A stretch of 64,000 nucleotides of DNA, from the NCBI GenBank assembly GCA_963826655.1, contig CAWGZP010000186.1, positions 1,078 through 65,077 on the forward strand, read 5' to 3'. The position numbers and the translations under genes are program-made. Shown piece after piece: positions 1 to 7,687 of this stretch (positions within the stretch are counted from its first letter, which is position 1; each line of letters starts with the position of its first letter). A model generated the notes under the pieces. That model was not told where the DNA came from, did not search any database, and was given only the letters and a program-made list of their open reading frames with translations. The stretch is from an uncultured delta proteobacterium (GTDB lineage Bacteria; Desulfobacterota; Syntrophobacteria; Syntrophobacterales; Syntrophobacteraceae).

Positions 1-98
1 GGAAATGTCCGCCATCCGCCACAGTATTCCCTGTATTTGGCCTGAATTTGCAGGAAAGTGAATTGAGGGATTGGCAGACTCGGCCTACCGTTTATTCT

Positions 99-133
99 TC
101 AAACTTCAAACTTCAAACTTCAATGTTCAATGT
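99..133. repeat. 7-bp microsatellite (3x TCAAACT + 2x TCAATGT) spanning the fliK-like stop codon
   Basis: Read directly: tcaaact tcaaact tcaaact tcaatgt tcaatgt. The minus-strand TGA (127-129) of ORF 127..1572 starts the fifth unit. Confidence 0.8.
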
Positions 134-1572
134 TCCACCCGCCTCAAGCAAAAATGTTGATCTGCGTTTTGCTGTCTGTTTTCCCGGTATAAGCTGGACC
201 GGCCGCGGCTTGAACGCTGCCTACTTTTGTCGTTTTTAAGACCGGGGGTTTTCCCTTTAGAATTATTATCCTGGGGATAATGTCCCCCACCTGATTTCTC
301 GCTGTTCACATCTACCATGAATTTATCCAGCACGAGCCCCTGGTCCTGGAGACCCTGGCGAAGCTCAGGTGAGTGTCTCATGAGGGCCTGCTTCGCAGAT
401 TCGTTGTCCGTCATCGCCACCACTGAAATCTCATCTTTCTTGGCCTCCACTTTGAGGCTGATCTTTCCGAGTTCGCCAGGTTCCATCTCGAGGGTCAACT
501 GTCGTCCGGAGGAACCCGTGAATTGCTCCCGCATGTCCTGGACAAACTCGGCCATGTGGTAAGGATCGTATGCGAGAGCGTTTTGGGCGGAATTGTCCGT
601 TTGTGGCAGATTTATATCGTTACCCTGCAAACTGGAGGCTGAACTCTGGAAAATCGTGCTCTCCGGGATCGAAGCCTTGTCCTCGAGTTGTTTATCGGTC
701 ACTTTCCCCGATATGGACGTTACTAACCCGGAAAGCGCAGCGCTGCTATCGGCGGTTTTGAGCGGATTGATCCCGGCTGTTGCGGACGTGCTCTCGTGCA
801 GGTTCGCGCTCGACCCTGCCCCGTAAACGGATTCCTCAAACGATGTCTCGAGGTTCTCCACCGGATAACCAAGTCTCAAAGCCTCGGAAGATGATTCGGG
901 CTGATTGGCTGCTATAGTGCCCGCCACGGCTGTGCCCTCGTTTACAAGCGCCGAAGCTGCTTTTCCGTGGTCTGTTAAATCCTCGCGAGGCGCTGCGGCA
1001 CTTGCATCGGTATCGGGTCCGGTGGCGGCGGAGAACTCCGCTCTGTGCACAAGCCCCCCCGTCGAATCAGCCGGTTTGCCGGACAGGGATTCGACTTGGA
1101 CTGTTTTCATGCCGGTTTTGTCTGAAATTCCATCCTGCTGCCCAGCCACGGTTTTTCTTTCGGCGCTGTCGGCCGCTTCTTGCTTCCCGGTAATTTCTGT
1201 AGGATCGAATTTCGCCGTCTGTGTTCCAGCGTCGTTTCCCCTGGCCGAGTCTGCGGAGCCATTCGTATTGCCGTCAAATGACCGTTCGCTGGAAGGATCT
1301 TCGGGCGATGCCGCCTTGATCCGCCCCGTATCGGATTGCTCGGTCGTGTTTTGGGACAGACTCGAAGAGTTCGTGGCTCCGCGGGATTTGTCAGCCTCTT
1401 TTTCAGCCCCCTTGAGATGTGGGGCCAGGTTCTGGGCCTGTGCCGCAGAACCTTCGACAGGCCCTCCGGGCGCCGGGGCTTCAACTGTTCCTGCCTCCGA
1501 TTGCTCCGGGTCTGTGGAGACGATTTTTGCGTCAAAGGTTTTCAAAATCGAGTCAAGAGCGCCGACGGGCAT
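127..1572 (-). CDS. fliK: Flagellar hook-length control protein FliK, C-terminal part (Flg_hook domain)
   Basis: 481-aa ORF. A Ser/Thr/Ala/Pro/Gly-rich low-complexity region is followed by the block 'RQLTLEMEPGELGKISLKVEAKKDEISVVAMTDNESAKQALMRHSPELRQGLQDQGLVLDKFMV', typical of FliK C-termini. The frame remains open upstream of the ATG. Confidence 0.6.
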   Translation of the reverse strand: MPVGALDSILKTFDAKIVSTDPEQSEAGTVEAPAPGGPVEGSAAQAQNLAPHLKGAEKEADKSRGATNSSSLSQNTTEQSDTGRIKAASPEDPSSERSFDGNTNGSADSARGNDAGTQTAKFDPTEITGKQEAADSAERKTVAGQQDGISDKTGMKTVQVESLSGKPADSTGGLVHRAEFSAATGPDTDASAAAPREDLTDHGKAASALVNEGTAVAGTIAANQPESSSEALRLGYPVENLETSFEESVYGAGSSANLHESTSATAGINPLKTADSSAALSGLVTSISGKVTDKQLEDKASIPESTIFQSSASSLQGNDINLPQTDNSAQNALAYDPYHMAEFVQDMREQFTGSSGRQLTLEMEPGELGKISLKVEAKKDEISVVAMTDNESAKQALMRHSPELRQGLQDQGLVLDKFMVDVNSEKSGGGHYPQDNNSKGKTPGLKNDKSRQRSSRGRSSLYRENRQQNADQHFCLRRVEH

Positions 1573-1574
1573 GT

Positions 1575-1911
1575 CTACCGCCTTACCACCTGTGGTTGAT
1601 GCGCGGCGGCTGAACCCGGAGCTGATGCTGAGTTTCCGCTTTGGCTTCCGGCTGCCTCGCCAAGTGCGACTCCCTCGCGCTCGTAACCGCTCACCACCGT
1701 TTCAGTACCGGTTTGAGTCGATCTGGAATTAGAGCTATCCGAAACATCTTCAGCCGCCGCATCGCCCGTGCCGCTCGTATTTATGTTTTTTGAACCCTGT
1801 GCCGGATTTTTGACTTCCAAGTTCAAAGTCCTGTTGGCCTGGGCATTTTCAGAACCTTTTGAGACAGAATCAGAACCTTTTGAGATAGAGTCAGAACCCT
1901 TTGAGATAGAG
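1575..1911 (-). pseudogene. Middle segment of the same FliK-like gene in a second frame (frameshift or assembly indel)
   Basis: The frame of ORF 1575..1826 stays open upstream through the 21-bp repeats. There it reads S-I-S-K-G-S-D heptads that continue the C-terminus of ORF 1912..2892. Confidence 0.4.
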
Positions 1912-2017
1912 TCAGAGCCACTTCGAGACTGTATCAGAGCCTTTTGAGATAGAATTGGAACCGTTCGATTTAGAATCCGAACTATTTGAGGTAGAGTCCG
2001 AGTCCTCTGAGATAAAA
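1849..2017 (-). repeat. Eight tandem 21-bp units encoding S-x-S-K-G-S-D heptads; unit 4 is 22 nt
   Basis: Units start at 1849, 1870, 1891, 1912, 1934, 1955, 1976 and 1997 (tcagaaccttttgagatagag and variants). Unit 1912-1933 (tcagagccacttcgagactgta) has one extra base and carries the stop of ORF 1912..2892. Confidence 0.85.
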
Positions 2018-2835
2018 GAGGGGAGAACGCTCGCAGTAAGACTCTTTGTCTGGCTTGGAGTCAGTCCCCCTGACGCCTTGGTTGTTTGCGTCGAATCGGA
2101 TGAAGAGCCCGATCCGGTCGATTTTGCCAGCGTCGGCGCCGCCTGCTGCAAAACCTTTTGGATTAGCCCGACAAACTCTCCGTGTGTGTACGATCCTTCA
2201 GCCTTGACCTGGAGAGATGCCTTAGGGGTTCCGCCAGATACCAACCCTTGCCGGTTTGCGGCGCTCCCCTTGACTACTATCGAATTCACGAGTTCTTTGG
2301 CGTGTTCCGCCGGGACTTCGCCAGGGACAGCCGAGCCAATCTGAGACTGAGTGTCCAACAGGGACTTAAGGTCTTTTACTGAAATCGAGCCCTCCTTATT
2401 CTGGAGGTCTCTGCACGCCTGTCTTGTTTCCGCAGGGTATTGAAGGTCGGCCAGTACTTTGTTGGCAACCGTTGAGTTTGTGGCGACAGCGCTTTCCGCA
2501 CCCCGGGCTTTTGATTTTCGACCGTTTGTTGCCGCTTTGGAGTCCGTCGCACCCTTCTGCACCGGTTTGGTGGCCGTCCCGGACGTCTTTGTTCCCGCCA
2601 CGTCGCTCTGTCCCGCGGTTGAAGAGTGCAGACCGGAACCATGCAAGTTCTCGCTTGCCGGCTTTGCCGCCGTCTTTTGGGAAAGCTCTCCGGCCCCGTT
2701 GGCCGGTGCTGGAATGAATTTCCTGAGTTGGTCCGCAAAATCGGACCGGTTTATTATGTTTTGAGAAATTTTTCCACTCTCGGTACCCATAAAAGATGAC
2801 AACAGTTGCGATGCGTTAATCTGTTCTGATTGCAT
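1912..2835 (-). CDS. FliK-like N-terminal / ruler segment (low-complexity, Ser/Thr/Lys/Gly-rich)
   Basis: ORF 1912..2892. ATG at 2835 (MQSEQINASQLL...) has GAGG about 12 nt upstream. Composition and position directly upstream of the Flg_hook-containing ORF fit one long FliK. Confidence 0.45.
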   Translation of the reverse strand: MQSEQINASQLLSSFMGTESGKISQNIINRSDFADQLRKFIPAPANGAGELSQKTAAKPASENLHGSGLHSSTAGQSDVAGTKTSGTATKPVQKGATDSKAATNGRKSKARGAESAVATNSTVANKVLADLQYPAETRQACRDLQNKEGSISVKDLKSLLDTQSQIGSAVPGEVPAEHAKELVNSIVVKGSAANRQGLVSGGTPKASLQVKAEGSYTHGEFVGLIQKVLQQAAPTLAKSTGSGSSSDSTQTTKASGGLTPSQTKSLTASVLPSFISEDSDSTSNSSDSKSNGSNSISKGSDTVSKWL

Positions 2836-2953
2836 TATGTCATCGACCTCGCGCGGGGCGTTGAAATTGTGTGGCCGTTGGTCCAAACCCAATTGTTCGG
2901 GTCAATTTCAAAATAGTTTTGTGTGGATTGATACACTTTCGGGGGAATGTGCG

Positions 2954-2969
2954 AGCAAACTTGATACCA
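2954..2969 (-). promoter_or_regulatory. Candidate sigma54 (-24/-12) promoter for the fliK-like gene
   Basis: The minus strand reads TGGTATCAAGTTTGCT. The GG and GC elements have exactly the spacing of the TGGCAC-N5-TTGCW consensus. It lies about 120 nt upstream of ATG 2835. Confidence 0.45.
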
Positions 2970-3106
2970 AAGAGCCTGCCTGCTGTAAAAATAAGTACAA
3001 TCGGCTACTTACGGTGGAGTGCTCTTTTGCTCGGCGGATTTGTCAGGAATTAAAGAGGAATTTTTTTCTGGTCGTGGGCGCAAATATTTCCTCTCGGGGG
3101 CCGGAT

Positions 3107-4186
3107 TCAGGCCCTTACACCTTCGGAATTGAGGAATGGGTCGTAGAGCATTGCACGGGCGAGTTTTTCCTCTTCTTTGAAACGGCTCCGAACGGCCACC
3201 GCGATCTCAGGTTCGGACGATCCAAACTGGCCAGCCCTGATTGAATAAACCGAATCAATCAATTGGGACGTTTTAACTGCGCCGCCTTTGGACTGTGCGT
3301 GTCCGAGCGCCTTGGAGAAAATCTTTGCCGCACCACTTGGGCCATGCTGAACGGCCGTGCTCCAGAGCACCTCCTGAAGCGCCCTGGGCGCCTTCGACAC
3401 ATCCAGACCTGTTCGTTCCGAGATTTCCTGGAGGGCAGGAAGATAATGGCTTTTCTCGATAAAATCGTACTGGAGCCTGGAAAAACGTGAAGTATCTTCA
3501 GCTGCTATCTTTTTCCAGGCCTCGGGCATTTTCCCCGAGCTGCTGCCGGTGTTGGCCGGTCCGGCGTCTTTGAGTTTGGCGGCCAGGTCCGGGGCGCGCT
3601 CGGACAGGTAATCTATGAATCGCTTCATAGTACCAGCCTTCGATGAAATCTGGTAGGTCCCGTAGGATGTCCCCCCTCTGGAGTCATAGCCGACAACTTT
3701 CGGACCGTTTTCGCCCGATTCGAAATGAGCGGAAAGGGCGCCTATCTTTTTGCCAAGACAAAGTCCCGAACTGACGTCGGGCGTCGCCGCGTGACCGGCG
3801 GCGGCGTTCAAAGCCCCTCCCGGCTGGGAGTACCTTCCCATGTTGTGCGAGCAGATGCTGCCGATGCGGTTCGGCCCGGAAGATATCGCGGACATGGCAA
3901 TCAATGCTGAGGCCGCCAGATTATTGACGTTCTGAGGGCTGTGGCCGAGGATACCGCCGTGATTTTTTGAAGCGGCGTGATGGTCGATTTTGACCAACTT
4001 GGAAGATGGTGGCCTGCTCTTGAGACCGCTGTTTATCGGGGCGTTATCCTTGGACTTTAACTTGCTTAGAAGAATTTGAAACACGTTTGGACGTGGAGTT
4101 TCTTTAGAGACGGGTTTAACGGCAGAAGGTTTTCCGTTTGTTTCAACCCGGCCGGTTTTGCCAAAATGATCGACCCTGACCGCCAT
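3107..4186 (-). CDS. Lysozyme-like / peptidoglycan-hydrolase-like protein (family not firmly assigned)
   Basis: 359 aa. The segment 'FESGENGPKVVGYDSRGGTSYGTYQISSKAGTMKRFIDYL' resembles the E...D..GG.SYG.YQ catalytic region of GH108 / VgrG3-C-like muramidases. It sits beside flagellar and cell-wall genes. Confidence 0.4.
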   Translation of the reverse strand: MAVRVDHFGKTGRVETNGKPSAVKPVSKETPRPNVFQILLSKLKSKDNAPINSGLKSRPPSSKLVKIDHHAASKNHGGILGHSPQNVNNLAASALIAMSAISSGPNRIGSICSHNMGRYSQPGGALNAAAGHAATPDVSSGLCLGKKIGALSAHFESGENGPKVVGYDSRGGTSYGTYQISSKAGTMKRFIDYLSERAPDLAAKLKDAGPANTGSSSGKMPEAWKKIAAEDTSRFSRLQYDFIEKSHYLPALQEISERTGLDVSKAPRALQEVLWSTAVQHGPSGAAKIFSKALGHAQSKGGAVKTSQLIDSVYSIRAGQFGSSEPEIAVAVRSRFKEEEKLARAMLYDPFLNSEGVRA

Positions 4187-4324
4187 GAGTTCGCGCCTCC
4201 GAATAGTTGTCCGATCAAGGTTTATGCAAAACGCATGCTTGGGGGGGCGGGAGCGGGGAGCAAATCTAACATCGTGAATCCCTAGGCGCCCTTGTGTCCT
4301 CAGTGGCCTATGGTTAAGCCATTC

Positions 4325-4385
4325 TCACCACAGAGGCACAGAGAACAAGGCTAACCAAATTACTTTCTCCGTGCTCTCTGTGGTG
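4325..4385. repeat. Imperfect inverted repeat (about 21-nt arms, 19-nt loop), member of the dispersed periodic repeat family
   Basis: Left arm tcaccacagaggcacagagaa (4325-4345). Right arm ttctccgtgctctctgtggtg (4365-4385), whose reverse complement is caccacagagagcacggagaa. Confidence 0.75.
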
Positions 4386-4400
4386 TATTTCGGTGAACGA

Positions 4401-5081
4401 TCACAGGTTTTCCACTACGAGAACCGGCGTCCCGGGCTCGGACCACTTGAAGAGTGCTTCCGCCCTGTCGATCGGCAAAATCACGCAACCATGCGAGCAA
4501 CGTGTCCCAAAAACATTTCCCGCGTGAATCCAGACGGCCTCGTAGATGCGAAGCGAAAAGGGCATCCAGGCGGGCGTCCCATAATCATTGTGGTAGGAGC
4601 TTGAAGTGTGTTTCCCGTCCTTTTCCTCGACCCGGTAGAGTCCAGCCTTGGTATCCTGCCCGGCATAACCCGTGCCGGCCTGGCTGTCGCCGACAAGCAC
4701 CCCTGATTGATACCACCCGACAAAACCGAGGTCTTTTACGACCAGGACCAGCTTAGGCATATTCAGGTTCTTTGGGAGGCGGGCGGGCAGCGGTGTCCAG
4801 CCGACATAAGCTTTGAAGTCTTTCGGGACTTTGAGCTTAGCACCCTGCCGGATATCCTGGCGAATGTAGAAAGTTTCCTTGCCGTTCAGTCTGGCCAGTA
4901 TCTCCCGGCAGGTGTCGAGGTCGAGCGATGGGTCCGTTTTTTCAACAGCGAGCAGTTCCTCCTCGGAGAGGACCTGCTCCGTCCAGGAGAGGTCCGGGGA
5001 GGTCGGGGCGGCGAAGCTGTCTTGCCCCGAAACGAGGCAGAACCAACAAATAAGAATCGATAGAGCGCTGAGTAACTTCAT
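4401..5081 (-). CDS. L,D-transpeptidase (YkuD domain), exported
   Basis: N-terminal signal peptide MKLLSALSILICWFCLVSGQDSFA. Catalytic motif 'IHAGNVFGTRCSHGCVILP' (H...SHGC). Confidence 0.8.
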   Translation of the reverse strand: MKLLSALSILICWFCLVSGQDSFAAPTSPDLSWTEQVLSEEELLAVEKTDPSLDLDTCREILARLNGKETFYIRQDIRQGAKLKVPKDFKAYVGWTPLPARLPKNLNMPKLVLVVKDLGFVGWYQSGVLVGDSQAGTGYAGQDTKAGLYRVEEKDGKHTSSSYHNDYGTPAWMPFSLRIYEAVWIHAGNVFGTRCSHGCVILPIDRAEALFKWSEPGTPVLVVENL

Positions 5082-5237
5082 CTATTTCCATATCTTTTCA
5101 GTGATTGTTATGCCCGAACATACCAGGGGGCTTTCCTATGCGGTGAAAGCTCATAATATCAAAAGTTGTGGGCTGGTTGCAGTAAAAAAAGGTTTAGTTT
5201 TCGATCCATAAAATCCGTGTGAGATGATTTTCGCCTC

Positions 5238-6765
5238 TCAAATTTTACACCAGGGCTGAATTTTAGGCGTGAACCGATCCGGTCCCTTTATTATCGGTTG
5301 GCGGACAGAGCGGGCGATTGCGCGCAGCATGCCCCGGAAGATCCATTGGTGGGCAGGATAGAGGGAGTACCAGTAGAGCAGGCCCAAAATGCCCCTGGGA
5401 AGAAAACGCGATAACTGCGTGAGTTCGGTTCCACCGCTCGGTACCGGAGTGATTGTGAATTCCAGAATGGCTTCGCCCGGGAGCTTCATCTCGGAAAGCA
5501 AAAGGAGGCGAAATGGCTGCGAAAGATCGAGAACGCGCCAGAAATCCAGGGCATCGCCTATATGAAGGTCAGATGGGTGTCTGCGTCCCCTGCTCAGACT
5601 CGTGCCGCCGAAAAGCTTGTCGAGCCAGCCCCGGATTTGCCAGAGAGATTCGCCGTAGTACCAGCCAGTCTTGCCGCCAATACGCACAATTTGAGCCCAG
5701 ATTTCCTCAGCAGATGCGTTGAGCCTTATCCTGTAGCCGCATTCGAACAATGTGCCACCGGCGTATTGCTCATCGCCGCAGTAGGTCCACTCAGGCGGAA
5801 CCAGCACTCCCGCGTCCGTCCAGCAAGCTTCGACCCGGTGGTGCAGCGTCTTATCGAGCGCCCTGCGGAATCCTTCACGGCAGTCGATTAGCTCCTGCAC
5901 GATAATCGACTGAATCCTTTTCTCTCCGCACACGGCGCCGTCGGAGAGGGTTTCCGCCATTGGCCGCACCACGCTGACTGGGATGGGGGTGACCATATGA
6001 ATCCAAATTGCGCTGGGAACCGGCGATATGAACGGCGCAGAGAATATCCAACGCTTTCTCAGACCGGCAATCTCGGCATAGATTTTAATCAGCCGCTCGA
6101 AGGTAACCACTTCCGGCCCACCGATGTCGAAGGTCCCGCCGGTAGTTTCCTCTCTCTCAAGACAGCCGGTAAGGTAGTTGAGGACGTTTCTGATGGAAAT
6201 CGGCTGGATAGGCGCCTTCATCCACGGGGGGATCGGAATTGCCGGTTGGCGTTCCGCGAGGTAGCGCACCATTTCAAAAAAAGCGCTTCCGGACCCGAAG
6301 ATCACCGAAGCCCTCAAGTGAGTAAGCGGGACCGGGCCGGAAACCAAGGATCTCGACCGATCTGAACCGGAAGCGCTGGTATTTGCCTGCCTTGCTTCCA
6401 TCACTGGTCCCGAGCCATCCGAGAGAAATGATCTTTTCAAGCGAAGACCCTGCGGAGGCAACGACCATATTGAAGGCGGCCCGTATCTCGGCCCTCTCGT
6501 ATTCAGTCCCGCGCATGTTCCTGGTGAAATCGACCAGGTAGTATGCGGCACGGCAGCCTTTTACCGCTCGCTTAAGGTCTTCGGGATTCAGTACATCGCC
6601 CTGAACGGCCTCGACGAGGGGGTGTGATGCCCAGGGCCGGGAGCATACTTTGGCGGCGGATCTTCCTAGGACCCTGACTTTGTTGCCCGATTCGAGCAAC
6701 AGGGGAACGAGCCGTCCCCCAATGTATCCGGTTCCTCCGATAACCAGTATGGGCCTTGAGTCCAT
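5238..6765 (-). pseudogene. NAD(P)-binding SDR-family protein with C-terminal DUF2867-like domain, interrupted by a frameshift near 6.33-6.35 kb
   Basis: The N-terminal part (ORF 6274..6846, from M at 6765) has the Rossmann motif 'ILVIGGTGYIGG'. The C-terminal part (ORF 5238..6551) continues 'SGPVPLTHLRASVIFGSGSAFFEM...'. The junction falls in a run-rich stretch gcgggaccgggccggaaacc. Confidence 0.6.
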
Positions 6766-6977
6766 GTTTAATTCCGGGTTCTGAGTGATTACCTTAAAGC
6801 AGTATTTATACCAAGCAACGGGAAAGGGGACTTCCATTGCCTCCACGCTACGGGACTTCGACTAATTTTCGGTCGAGGCGGTTCAAACAGTATAATTCCT
6901 CTTTTCCCCTTTTTTAAGTATTACTCTCACATCTTGCCCGTTGTTTTCATTGTGCTTGTCAGGAGGGCGGCCTCATT

Positions 6978-7574
6978 ATGGATAGCTACTTTATGAAAAT
7001 GCCCGAGGATCTGTTCTGCGAGATATGCTCGGAGAAAAGAGGGATAAATCCCGATACCCTCAGGGAAGTTATTATTCTGGCAGTCGAGATCGCTCGAGAG
7101 GGCAGGGAGGGCAGAAGAATCGGCACTATGTTCGTGGTCTCGGACTCCGAAAATGTCATGAAGCATTCACGAAGTCTGATTCTCGACCCCCTGTATGGAC
7201 ATGCCGACCATCTGAAGAAACTTGCCGACACGGATATGCGTGAAACGGTGAAGGAACTTGCGCAACTGGACGGTGCTTTCGTGGTTTCCGATAATGGAAC
7301 GATTATCTCTGCCTGCCGTTACCTGGACTCTTTCTCGGAAGGAATCAACCTGCCGCTCGGTCTCGGCAGCAGGCACATGGCAGCGGCCTCCATAACGAAA
7401 CTGACAAACTCGGTAGCGGTAGTGGTTTCTGAGAGTTCCGTCGTCCGGATAATCGACGACGGGGTAATAGTGTCCGAAATAATCCCCGAACTCTGGATGT
7501 TCAAAAGATACTCGGCCCTCAGCAAAGGCAAGAAGGTGGAGCAGGAGATAATAGTCAGCAGCGTCGAAAAATGA
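6978..7574 (+). CDS. Stand-alone DisA_N / diadenylate cyclase (DAC) domain protein
   Basis: 'GTMFVV', 'LDGAFVVSDNGTIISACRYL' and 'LGSRHMAAASITKLTNSVAVVVSESS' align with the DGA and RHR(A)A motifs of CdaA/DisA. The RHR motif reads RHM here. Confidence 0.6.
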   Translation: MDSYFMKMPEDLFCEICSEKRGINPDTLREVIILAVEIAREGREGRRIGTMFVVSDSENVMKHSRSLILDPLYGHADHLKKLADTDMRETVKELAQLDGAFVVSDNGTIISACRYLDSFSEGINLPLGLGSRHMAAASITKLTNSVAVVVSESSVVRIIDDGVIVSEIIPELWMFKRYSALSKGKKVEQEIIVSSVEK

Positions 7575-7622
7575 TGAAACAGTTATTCATATCCCCTGGG
7601 ACACCCTGAAATACGGGCAAAG

Positions 7623-7658
7623 GATGGGTGGAGCGGAGCGCAACCCATCAACTCTTTT
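7623..7658 (+). terminator. Hairpin plus T-tract between convergent genes
   Basis: gatgggt (7623-7629) pairs with acccatc (7643-7649) and is followed by aactctttt. Confidence 0.45.
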
Positions 7659-7687
7659 CGAACCGGAACGGTGCACGGACGATATTC

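Noticed and set aside
1-15. Possible start (ATG at 15-13, minus strand, 'MADIS') of the gene following fliK, e.g. flgD
   Set aside because: Only five codons are visible, which is too little to support a call.
905-1732. 275-aa plus-strand ORF antisense to the FliK-like gene
   Set aside because: It is a mirror-frame product of a low-complexity GC-rich coding region, with Ser/Pro/Ala-rich nonsense and no motif. The opposite strand carries the Flg_hook domain.
2995-3040. GCCGATTG on the minus strand resembling a sigma28 -10 element upstream of fliK
   Set aside because: The best -35-like CAAA lies about 20 nt away instead of about 15. The sigma54 match at 2954-2969 is much better.
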